Assembly: GCA_964187785.1 (NCBI GenBank)
Contig: OZ076409.1
Span: 23,622,001-23,686,000, forward strand
DNA: 64,000 nucleotides
Source: Amphiscolops sp. MND2022
Taxonomy: Eukaryota
Direction of reading: 5' to 3'
This document shows positions 1 to 12,000 of this stretch, piece after piece. The position numbers and the translations under genes are program-made. Within the stretch, counting starts at the first letter, position 1. Each line of letters starts with the position of its first letter. A model generated the notes under the pieces. The model did no database searches. It was given only the letters and a program-made list of their open reading frames with translations, and was not told the DNA's origin.

Positions 1-310
1 GAAAGGACTGAGGTCGAACCTTTTGATCGAATTACAGGGATCGAATGGAATGCAATCGAATTTTATCGTATTTGTTGTATGGCTCGGTCGCTTCCCTCCC
101 TTCGCCAAGTAGCAACATTGAGGCATGGCCATATGGCACGTCGCTCCGCTTCGGTTCGCTCCTGCATTCAGGGCACTAGGGTCAAGTGAACATATCTGAC
201 TACGTTATAAAAAATTCGATCCGAGTTGTTTCGATCCCATTCAAAAATTTGGTATTGTCGACCTGAGGACTAACTCTGATTTTCGATCCCGTTCCTTCGA
301 CCTATTCCCG
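1..310. mobile_element. Foldback/MITE-like element (left end probably outside the window)
   Basis: GATCGAA repeats in 1-60 are mirrored by TTCGATCC repeats in 215-300. It contains an AGGGCACTAG...CTGACTACGTTATAA core (170-225) also found, inverted, at 520-612 and 19825-19876. Confidence 0.45.
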
Positions 311-358
311 CCCACCCCATGGCATCCACATTTCCAGAAACACAGAAGTAAGCTCGAA

Positions 359-912
359 GGTAAATGGTCACTTGGCTTAATGCCATTTGGCTTAAAGTCA
401 TTTGGCTTAATACAATTGTTAACTTGGCCTAATTTTTTAAAGCTAAGTGTCTCGGGTATTGGTCACTTGGCTTAAAGTCATTTGACTTAAAACCGCTTGG
501 TTGAAAACACGCGGCAGATTTTGTCGAATTTCTCTTTTTAACGTAGTCAGCGTACTATTATAACATGTCATATCCAGTACCCTCGGATATGTCCCCATTT
601 CCTCTAGTGCCCTGTGGCCCATTGGGGCCGCTTATATTCCCATCTTGCTAAGCGAGGTCGAACAGGAGCAAAGATCTAGCGGGAACGAAGATCGCGAAGC
701 AATCGTAGTGGGAGCTGGTCTTTGCGACGGTGAGGGCGAGCGTGCATACACCGCATATGCCCCACATTATGATATTTCCGGGAGTTGACATAGTTTATCC
801 TTGAGTTGGAATGGAGTTGGCTTAATTTTGTGGTCACGGCTTGAAATTTTACAGCCAAATGATTCGACGAAAAAATTAAGCCAATTGGTATTAAGCCAAG
901 TGACTGGTAACC
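359..912. mobile_element. MITE A: TIRs, TTGGCTTAA subterminal repeats, 8-bp TSD
   Basis: Ends GGTAAATGGTCACTTGGCTTAAT and ATTAAGCCAAGTGACTGGTAACC are inverted copies. Flanks are AGCTCGAA (351-358) and ACCTCGAA (913-920), a 7/8 match. Confidence 0.75.
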
Positions 913-1011
913 ACCTCGAAAATGCCCAGAGACGAGCGACAAGACTCATCCCTTCTCTCGCATCTCTCCCTTATGAACAAAGATTAATGAAACCAGACCT
1001 ACCCACCCTGG

Positions 1012-1519
1012 GAGTGTACGCCTTTGATCTAATTGCTTGGGTCTTATGGATGTAGATCTAACTTTCAGATCTAATTTACGTCTAACTTTAAGTCTAACTT
1101 TCAGATCTAATTTTATCTAAAATACTTAGTCTAACTCCTTTATGATCTAATATGTGTTCTGAAAGCGAAAATGTAATCTGGGGCATAAGCGATGAATGCA
1201 CGATCGCCCTCACCGTCACAAAGACCAGCTCTCACTACGATCGCTTCGCGATCTCCGTTCCCGCTAGGTCTTTGCTCCTGTTCGACCTCGCTTAGCAAGA
1301 TGGGAATATAAGGGGCACTTGAGGGAATGGGGACATATCCGAGGCACGTTTCATACTTTATATCACTTTTTAGTTTTAGATCCTCATTGACTTATTTTTT
1401 TTCCAATTAGATCAAATTAGAAGAGATTTTTAGACCTGATTATTTAGATCAATTTATTTATATCTCAGATTTGCCCCCTCTCTTGGATCTATTTCATTAG
1501 ACCTGATTCCACGCACCTC
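1012..1519. mobile_element. MITE B: Mutator-like foldback element, 9-bp TSD
   Basis: CCACCCTGG is duplicated exactly at 1003-1011 and 1520-1528. Termini are GAG...CTC. GATCTAA repeats lie in the left arm and TTAGATC/TTAGACC repeats in the right arm. Confidence 0.75.
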
Positions 1520-3034
1520 CCACCCTGGACTTCAGGAGGAAACGGGGTAGGATGATTGAAGTTTACAAGATACTCAATGGAGTATATGATAAGAGAGTCA
1601 CTGGAGGGATGCTGATGGAAAATGACAGAATCACAAGAGGAAATCAAAGAAATTTTGTGGTGCAGTCATCGAGAACATCAACAAGAGGAAATTTTTTCAC
1701 TGTAAGAGCAGCCAATGACTGGAATAGCCTGCCAGATGATGTCACTTCGTCATGAACCCTTGACGTTTTTAAAGCGAAATTGGACAACACCTGGAGAAAT
1801 TTGAAATACGAAATGAGGATGGAAGGGGAACAGCGATGAGCCAATCACCAAAGGCTTCGGCCTTAGATTGTGAAACATCTATTCTATTCCTAATGTGTAG
1901 AAGTACATCCACTTTTCACAGACAAGTCCTTGTTAACAAAATTTTGTGCTTGCTTCTAATCATTTCTTCTTTTCCTGTTTTTTTCCAGGTGCAATGGCAG
2001 AGGCTTCGTTACCTTCAGCATCAAGCTGCAACTACTCTCACTTCACAAGAGCAAGTATGTGTTGTGCATCTACTTTATGCAAATAACAGTGACATTTTCA
2101 AAACATTTTATACAACTTTTCGTGTTTTACCTTTCATTTGTACCGTACACTTCTATCGCGACTTGAAATAAAATTGATGAAATAAAATTGAGTATTTCAC
2201 TATTACTCTATTTAGGATGTTTTTTGATTTGCTTCAGTCTGAAATTTTTAACAATCGAGTTGGTTGCATGGGTCAAAATTTTTGATGAGCATCACGACTA
2301 GTACAAAATCGAATAAAAGATCACGAACAAAATACATGAAAGTTGAGCGTGTGTTCAAATTGTCAAAAAAATTAATTTTGAATTGAGTTCTGGGATTTAA
2401 TTTTTAAAAATAGTGAAACCTCGTTTGAAGCCACGTCAAAAATACTTCGAAAATGGCAATTGGGTATGCTTTCTTCCCAGTGATGGCCACCTTTTGATGG
2501 TTTTTGGAAATATATTCTGCAGTTGAAGTTTCTTCAACTCGCTTCTCCTCACACGAACAGGTATTCAATACGTACGATCCTAGGTTTTTGATTAGAGAAA
2601 AGGTACCAGAAGCTGAGAGTAGCTAAACATGAAGAAGGGGAGAAAGGGAAATGCGTCATTCGTTCTACTTTAAGTGATTTGCCATTTTAACTCCTATTAA
2701 CTCTTAATTATTACGAATAGAAAGGTATGAAAATGATTTTTAAATTCAATTTGAGTTTCGATATAGATGTATATCCCTGATAGCGTAATTATAACTTCGA
2801 ATTCAACCAGAAGCTTTTACGTTGGGTCGAATCTGAGATCAAAAATGAGTTGAAATCGGAGAGTTTTATTTTGACCAAATTCTTTCCATTTACCATGCTC
2901 CAATATTTTGATCAGTTTGAAACAATTCGTTCATGAAGCGGAAACCTTCACGTTTTATATCGAATCTTCGGATTATTTTTCGTCGCCTTTCTTCACCATA
3001 AAATTGTCTTTTGATTGTTGGAAGTTGCTTTCAG

Positions 3035-6000
3035 ATATAACATCAGAGAAGTTTACGTGGCAGAGATATTTCGAGAGAAAAACATTCAATAAATCTTGCC
3101 CCAAATTGGCTTGCTTTGGTCAGCATATTCCATTCTCTCATTTGTGGGCCGATCGCGTGAAGGGATTGTTTGTGGAATTTTCCGTCATGAGCAACAACAA
3201 ATTTTGGTACTACAAAATTGAAGAAACCTACGGATATTACTTGAAACTGTCTGCGTTGGGTAACCCATCTTGTGTTGTTTGGATTAACATTATTTGCCCT
3301 CATTACCGGGGTTTCTCTTATCTCGATCAACAGAAGAGGAGAAACAGTAAAATCCAGCCTCCATTTGCAGCAGATTCCGCCCAGGTGGAGCGCCTAATAA
3401 TGAGCATGCATGGTTTGTTCCATTCTAATTACTTATTAATTGTCATTACATACATAGAAATATTTTTTTGAAAGCTTGAATATTATCAATACACCGAAAG
3501 TTTCTTATAAGTCCCCAATGTTGCAGTCCTTCGCTGACTGGAATTAAAGGATCAATTTGAGGAAATTTCCCTCAAGCTGGAAAATTGGCATTAGTTTTCC
3601 AATTTTCAAGGACGAATATAGAACGGAAGTTCATATCAGTTTCGGTCGATCATGAAAACTTTCGTTAGGCTGATTAGCGACTACCAGTACGGGTTTCGAT
3701 CAAAAAAAACCAGTACTTGTCTAGCTGCTGCGCAGCCTAACTCATTTATTATTTCTGTCATAGCGGAAATAATATAGAAACTGGAAGGTGTTTTTTAGCC
3801 GATTTGTTTGTCAATGGAGCACCTTACTCAAGAAAAGATTCAAATAATTTGTTCTGCAATTAGTATAAGTGTGAGATTTAATTTTCTGAAGCTGCCGACG
3901 GCAGCTAATTTATTCAATTCTCGTGCGAAGAAACGAGTGAGTGTTAATTATTCGTTCCCCGAGAGCTTCACCTGCATTCAAATGCGAATGCGAAACTTCA
4001 TATATACAATAGTGTAAGAAATAAACAGAACCTTTATTTGTAAAAAAAGAATTGGACCAAAAAAATTAGCTCTGGTTTCTGCTCTCATCCAAGTTATTTG
4101 AAAAATCAAATAAACAAACATTCTAAAGTTTTATTGGGCACATGAAATGTAGGTTTGCAAATAATGAAGAAACTTCTCAATTTCATTTTTCATTGATTGT
4201 ATTTAATATGGCATATGAGCAGGGATGAAAACAGCCAAGCTGTATACAGCCGTAGGCTGTTTGCTGTACGTACAGCCAGTGGCTGTATATACAGTCAGTG
4301 ATCGCGTAACGGCGCATTAAATAAATTATTTCAATCATGGTTCAAGTTGAGTAATGTAATGTCGTAATCCTTGCAGTATTAAAAGCTGTTGAGGGCGGCT
4401 CTGGTCATAAAGCTTGCAAAGAATGCTCCATTAAAGTTCGATATACCAACCTAAAAACGCATGGAACGTCACTTATGGCGCATATTATGAACAAGCACCC
4501 ACATCTTGCCACAGATGAGCCTACGCCCAAAGCGCCTCAAATTACCAATTTTTACACGGAAAAGGCGATTGAATTACCTGTTTTACCCAAGCTGGATCGA
4601 GTGGCTATTGCTTTATGATGCTCAAATCATGTGTTACCATTTGATATCGTCGAGGACCCAATTTTTAAATGAGAGATTGACGTTTGCTGATTCGACAGAA
4701 AGCGAGTGGCAGACAGAATAACTTTTCTGGTAAAAGATTGGAGTGACAAAACAACAGGTATATTTAAAAACAAACCTGTTTCAATTATGCTCGATGTGTG
4801 GACGAATTCTATTACGAATCAACACCATATCTGCTTTATTTTAAATGTGCAATCACAGATATTTTATTGATGTAGCATTGTTGCAACTGAGAAAACAGCC
4901 GCCTTTATACCGAGAGAAACCCTGCGTGTTATTGAAGAAGTCTAATATCAGGCCAATATCAGAGATGCACTAAACGCGTTTTCCCGAGTACATGAAAATT
5001 GGAGAGAATGTTTCGATACTAAATAATGAGAAACGAGAGATACTTGAATGCTTCACGGAGAATGGGAGATGTTCGCAAATAATCGCCTTGGGTCCCTAGG
5101 ATTTTCCTCTCCGCATTCCTCGGGTTATCAGATGGAACGATGGAATATCGACTAAGGTGTACAGATCCGAAGACCCAGGCTGTTTTAACTGGGTTAAGGC
5201 CATGTTACCACTTGGCAAGATTTGAACAGCTTGAGGTGGAGCATCGCATTATTTTGAATAACGAAGTGCTCGGGCAGGCTATTCTGGTCAGTGATTTTCC
5301 AGTACATCAAACAATGGCAAACGTTCTCCTAAAAATGACCATATCCGAGGCATGTGAAGAGCGATCTTTCTCGTCAAAGGTTGGTCCACAGTCGACTTCG
5401 GGCAAATTTCAGTGCCGAATGATTGAACGATACCCTTTTTGTACGGTGCAATTTCGAAACTATCTTAAAAATTCCACAATCCGTGCAAGAAGTTAAAGCG
5501 GTGCAGGATGAAATTGAAAACTGGCGTGAGGTATACAGTGATATAGATGACTAGTTCTCATTATGTTGATGCTGTTTCATGGTCAAATTTACTCTTTACG
5601 CTTAATTTTCTCTGAGAGCTGTATACATCTAAAATATGGCTGTGCTGTATCATCAAAACCGGCTGTATACAGCAAATATCCCAATCTTTCATATGGGATA
5701 TCATTTTGGACAATTTTGTAACATTTGGCACCTAATTTAGAACTTTTGTTTATTTGGCAGGTACTTCTTCCTTTCCAGAAGACATTCAACTGTTTTACAT
5801 CAAGATAATTGGTCTTATATATTTTTTGAAAGGGGTTTTCTATTATTTCATTTCATTTACCATCTTAATACATGAGATATACCTATTCTTCGCAAAGATT
5901 TGGGATTATGTTTTAGGTCTTAGATATTTTACCGATAAAAATATCATGAGAATCTGCTAATTAAGCTTACACTATTGTACTTGGTAGATGAATTTCCTTT

Positions 6001-9000
6001 AATCCGAGAAGAATTAAAGGCGGTGTAAAGTGGTACAGTGGTTAATTGTGCGCTATATGATGATTCAACAGCAGTGTATAGTCATTCCAGATATGCTTAT
6101 TTCACCTTTTTCGTTTTAAATCTATCTTTCGTAAGTAAATCTATCACCTTTTTCGTTTTATTTGATTTCACAAAAGCGTTCGACAAAATAGAGTATCATC
6201 ACCTCCTTCAAAAGCTACTGGATCGATCTTGTCCAGGAGTGGAAGAAGTCGGAAAGTGAAAATTAACGATATGAAATGAAGTGCACTATCGATATTAGGA
6301 GTACCACAGGTTCTGCCCTAGGACCACTCTATTTTTTGGTTTATGTTAGCGATCTGCCGACTGATTGCGAACGTTTCATCGCGAACGTCTTGAAGATTAT
6401 CTTGGAAGAAAAAAATGAATAGCTTACTGAGTTTCAAGATAATTCAGTTAGCTTAATGTGCTGGAGTATTCAAAACCACCTCTTGTTTAATTACAAAAGT
6501 GCTTCGATAATAATAATTTAATTCATTTGGTCAATACATATTACAAATACAAGTAGTATACAATACAAAAATTTCTGACCAAATAAGACCTACCAAGGGC
6601 CAATGCCCGCTTGAATGAGGCCTTCCTTAGAGCAGGTTGCTAGCTCATCCTTCTCGCAATCAGAAATCAAATCACAAACAGAGTTCGGAGAAATGAAGCA
6701 TTTCAATACAGAGAACTGAAACCAGCTTTCCAAAAAAGCTTAAAGATTTTATGTTGAATTTTGTGGATAGCACTGTAGGCTTGATAGTGTTGCAAAGACT
6801 TGTTCCGCAGGTTGTAGTTGTCAACGGTTAGCCAATAGTTTAGGGAGCTGAAAACCATAAAAATGGCGATTTTCGACTGCAAACTCGTATCTCACACCCT
6901 TGTTGATATAGTTTCAATTTAGCGCTTCTGCACACCTGATGCCCGACCTTACTGGCCCAGGAGTCTTCAATGCTCCAGGGGAGCATAGATGTAGACTCCT
7001 AGGAACTCTAACGCGGGATTTTTTTGCGTCAGGTGGCAAAAGGTAATAAAGTATGATACATGCATGAACTATCATACTCCATATTCAAGAAAAAGTACCT
7101 GTAAAATCGTCACTATACATCTTTGAAATACAAAAATTTCGCAGCTCAAAGGTAACTTGTATGAGTTGGAGTAATGGCTAGCATTATGGTGAAAAGCTGG
7201 TTGTTTCAGTTCAAAATTTAAAATACAATTACGAATGAGCAAACAATTAGTATTAATTAAAGTTGGCAAGGGAACAAAATTTCAAGGTTGTATAAAACGA
7301 GAAAGTTGAGGTGGCGATAGAAACAGCTTTAATACACCTACTAAATGAATTTCGGTTCAGTATGAAACTCCTATTCTACGTGGTAAATTGAAAAAATATG
7401 ATTTTCACAACGGGTCCAGACCGTATACAGCACGGATCAACTGCTCATTTTCCTTTATGTAGCACTTGTTGAAGTCATGGCATAGAGCATCTCGCTTTTC
7501 CCCATCGAGCTTGGAAATAAACTGTAGATCAGGCAGTACGCTCCAGGAGAGCAGCAGATTGAACAAAGCCGGGATTCCTTTCGAGAGGCAGTGTTCAAAG
7601 CTCTCGTTGCGCGATACCGGCACAATAGCCTTCTGATTCGCATGACGGAAATGGTATCCTCGTTCGGGTACTTGCTTAATTATATCGTTCAGTGCTACAA
7701 CGGAGTGATCTTCTCGTAGGCAATCAGTTATAAACTTGAAAAGCTCATATATATGGAGCTCATATGTCGAAAATATTTCGTACTCAATCATTAAGTCTTT
7801 CACTGATGCAAACTTCGGAAGTCTGGAAATACTTCTGATGAGCCTCCTCTGTAGAATCATGATTGGTTGCTGCGCCGAATAGAAGGTACAGCCATATAGG
7901 AGGACCCAATATTGAATGATGGGTTTGGCATGAAGCTCATAGTATATTAGTAGTTGATCATTGGTCAGCAGGCGGCGTGTGCGCCAGACTGTAATTACAA
8001 AATAGCAGTTTTGATTTCACTTTCGAAATATGACCTTTGGAAGAAAGTTTCTCATCAATGATGACGCCCAAATACTTTAGTTTCTGTCTGATGTTCAATT
8101 CGAAACCTTCCATCTGATAATTTACCGCGTTTTTGCCGAAGCAGACAGCTGTTGATTTATCGAGGTTACATTTCAGTTTATAACTTCTCATCCAATCATC
8201 AACCTTGTATATCAGCCAACAATTGTAAACTGGTGTTCTCATTGTAAAATATATTCGTATCATCGGCAAAAAAAATACAAGCCTTGACATGTCGTGGGAG
8301 ATCGTTGATACATAACAAAAACAGTAAAGGTCCGAGTACAGACCCTTGAGGTACACCGCATTTCACTGATTGGCAAGATGATCTGTAGCTATCTAGTTGG
8401 AGAAATTGTTTCCTATTGTTCAGATACGATTTCAGCAACGTTAGCACTCTGCCGCGGAAACCGAAGGACTCTAATTTAGACAGCAAAATAACATGGTCTA
8501 ATGTATCGAAAGCTTTTTTGAGGTCAAGGAAAATGCAACAAGAGCTTTGTTTCTGATCCATAGCTTGTCTTATTTGCTGAATAACAAGCTAGAGCATCAA
8601 CCGTTTTATGTTTTTTGCGGAAGCCAAATTGGTTCTCATCCAAGAGACTAAACTTATCGATGTAAGAAAACGCGCGTATATAACACGTTCATAAACTGCC
8701 AAGAACCGGAAGAAGGGAAATTGGTCTATAATTAGAGAAATCTTCTCGATCACTCTCTTTATAGATTGTAATAACTTTTGCTACCTTGAGGGAATCAGGA
8801 AACAGCCCAGCTGCCATGGAACGATTTATGAGGATGGTTAGGGGATCAACCACGGATTCAGCACAGTATTTCAGGAGTTTCGGACTAATCCATCTATTCG
8901 AGAGGATGTTTTTTTCTTCATGGATTTCAATATATTCAATATTTCATGTTCATCAGTGGTTTTCAGATACATGGACTGTAGCTGGCTTGGATATTTTTCC

Positions 9001-12000
9001 GTGCAGTACCTGCGATTGATTTGTGTATATTCAATCCTATGTCAACAAAAAACAGATTAAAATCCTCTACGCTATGTTTGACACTGAAGCTAGGAAGCTC
9101 TAGTGATTTCTGTTTGCGTATCACCGAATTAAGGACACGGTGAAACCCTTTAGTATCATCTTTGCACATTCGAAATTTCTCTTGCATATAAGATTTACGA
9201 GCACAAACTGTCATTTGCTTGATGTTTTGCTGTTTTACGAATTCGCTGCGTTTTTCATCATTCTCGTGGTCATTGCGCCACATCATGAACGTATGATCTC
9301 TTTTGTTTGTTCCTTTTCAACTTGTTTGTCACCCAATTTTCCGTCTGATAAGTAGAGGCTTCTGGGGAACAAATTTGTCAGCAGAAATTGTGAGGCACTA
9401 AGTTGGTTTATTGAAGCCTTCGTCGACATCGATGTTAGCCCAATCAATTTTACTGCACTGGTGTCTTAGATGAAAATTGTATTTGATGAGTTTGTCGTTT
9501 CTCAGGAGATTCTTATAATCTCTGAACAGTGGACTCGATTTCTTTGCGTTGAATGTAGCTAACAATTCGGAGAAAACGAAAAAATGATCTGTGATACTAG
9601 TTTGGTACACTGTTTTAGTTGCCACCGGAACGTTAGAACAAATATGATCCAGACATGACCTACTTTCTTTGAATACCCTATTCGGTTCGAGCGGACTACC
9701 TAACTTGAGATTAACACTTTTCATGACATCGAGGAGTTCAACAGAATGCTTCGTTTCTTTTAAAAGGTCAATATTGAAATCACCTGCTATAATAAAATCT
9801 ATTTCAGGTTTATTCAGTGATCTCAGTTCTTCCAAAAGCCATTCGCAGTATGTGCCTTTCGAAAACTTTCGCTTGCACCTGTAACTTACGCCGACAAGAA
9901 AACTTTTCATTGTCATAATCTCCACCAGGAGCCATTCCCTTTCAGTGTCTTTTTTAAGCACACGAAACTGTAAACCCGATTTTATATATAACATTACTCC
10001 TCCTGTTGTTCCCCAGGATCGATTACAGGTTACCGGCTTGCAGTATCCTTCGTTCTCAAAGACGTTTTCATTGCTATCATTATCTTACCAGGTCTCAGTG
10101 AGGGCAAGGAGACTGGGTTTGAGGTCATTGTTTAACAAAAAAGCTTAGAGTTCCTCAAAATGAGCGTCGATTGATCGAATGTTGGCGTTCAATATATTAA
10201 TTTTAGAACCCTGATTCGCCACCTCATTGTTTTTATTTGAGTATCAGTAACAGAATATTCATGTTTCGAAGTAGCTCTCCTTCTTATCCCCCCGAAGATT
10301 CACCGCGAGTGGGCAGACTTGAATCTGGTTGTTCGCCGGCACCTTCCGGTGCTTTCAGGACTGCTTGCTGCTTGATGATCAGGTTGATTGTCGGTAAAAG
10401 CGCGTCAGCTAGCAGGCCGACAATGCCATTTTCGCTCATCTGTGAGGTCTCCAGGATTGGCGATAAATCGAGGGCTCTTTTCTTCGTTCTTTTATCGTCG
10501 AAGACAGGGGTAATGGGCTTACACTGCAGCGTCGGCATTCTCTGCGGAGCGGCAAAATCCACATTACTTTCGCTGCTGTTACCCAGAGTTACGTACTCCA
10601 TTTCAGAATTGGAGCAAGTGTCGGGATTTTTGTTGCGGATTTCGGTTGAAGGCTTGTCAAATTTGTTCTGTGTCAATGATTTGAGCTCGTTGATGTGGTT
10701 AACTTTATACGACGGTTGATTCCTCCCGTTCTGTTGAGAAACGAACACTTGCTGGTTTCGGGTGGTTGTGCGGAGATTCTCTTTTGGCTTCAGTTTGAAT
10801 CTCGCGATCGACAGGTGCGAGGCACTCTCTAATGAAAATGGGCCGCTGCTGGCTGTTGAGCCTAAATCTCAAGTTCGTTTGTCTGTCCCAAGCAAGGTCT
10901 CGGTGATAGTGATAAAGAAACTTGACTATAACAGGAACGCAACTGCCGTTTTCAAGAGGGTGGCAGGCTGCAATGTCTTGCGGTCGAATGTGCTCTTCCA
11001 GCACCGTTTGCATCACGCTGAGAACTGAGGATAGTCCACCATCATTCATGACATCCACACTGTCAAATATTAGGCAAAGTTTCCTCGAGTAGCGTTCCAG
11101 ATCAACTACTCTCTTTGACAGTGAATAAATTTCATTCTTGGACTCTTGGAAAAGTTTCGATCCCTTGAATTTGACCTGCCGGGTGGTCAATTATCATTTG
11201 CTGCTCTTTGACTACTTTCGATAACTCAATGATGGAAGCTTCCAGAAAAGTCAGAGATAGTTGTTCATCCTCAATGTCGTACAGCTTTGTCAGAAGAGTA
11301 TCAACATCAAACATGCCTCGTTGGCTCATCTCTGAAACTATTTAATAAGTTTATCACAACAATTAGGCTGAATTTTTTGTTGGCCACAGACAGTTTATAC
11401 CATGTAACAAATTTTATGCTCGGCTCGATAGAAAGAAAAAAACCTGTTAGAGACGTTGGGCCGATGATCAGCAATAACCTAAATTTGAGCGCCCATGTAT
11501 AGAGCCATAATCACTGAATCCTTTCATAAAAAATAATGAAATGCATCTGGGGAAACTTTGACTATAAAATGTTAATGACCAGGGTTGGCCAATATAAAAC
11601 ATGGGTGTTTTGAAACACCTTTTAAAACAGTTTTGAAACACTGTTTTAATTTGAATAAAATACTGTCCGATCCGAGGTTTTTTTATTTCGCGTACATGTA
11701 ATAGATGTAGACAGACAAGTAGGCCTCAAAATGAGTAATTTATAAAATGTCAAGTGAAAATGAAAACCTATCCTGAAGAATTGCTGAAATTGACACTCGC
11801 AATCGTATGCCTAGTCCATCCGTTCTGATGTTCGTAACATGCTTGGAGTTCAGAAAGTTGAAAAACTTACGTTTTGTGATTCGATATTTGAATGATATTG
11901 AATTAATTCATTCTTTCAAGCTTGTTTTTCTACCTTCGTTCGAGGGGTTTTTCAACATGTTTTAAAACGTTTAAAACGTTTGTTTTGTTGAAAATTAATT

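Larger units (their letters stand above)
311..1830 (+). pseudogene. 3' fragment of CR1-clade LINE ORF2, split by two MITE insertions
   Basis: Removing 359-920 and 1012-1528 (each insert plus one TSD copy) restores one frame: PWHPHFQKHRSKLENAQRRATRLIPSLASLPYEQRLMKPDLPTLDFRRKRGRMIEVYKILNG...RGNFFTVRAANDWNSLPDDV. This is the typical CR1 C-terminus. Confidence 0.85.
7300..11510 (-). mobile_element. Near full-length, inactivated CR1/L2-clade LINE in the large MBT intron
   Basis: Colinear ORF1, APE endonuclease, RT and C-terminal region on the minus strand. Both boundaries are approximate. Confidence 0.9.

Noticed and set aside
571-1345. A single 775-bp element defined by the long inverted repeat 571-770 / 1170-1345
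   Set aside because: The two arms lie inside two separate TSD-bounded insertions with LINE sequence between them, so they are two copies of a shared core.
1990-2056. Small exon-like segment (TTCCAG|GTGCAATGG...GAGCAA|GTATGT)
   Set aside because: The splice signals look real, but it could not be assigned to the MBT gene or to an upstream gene, and the peptide is uninformative.
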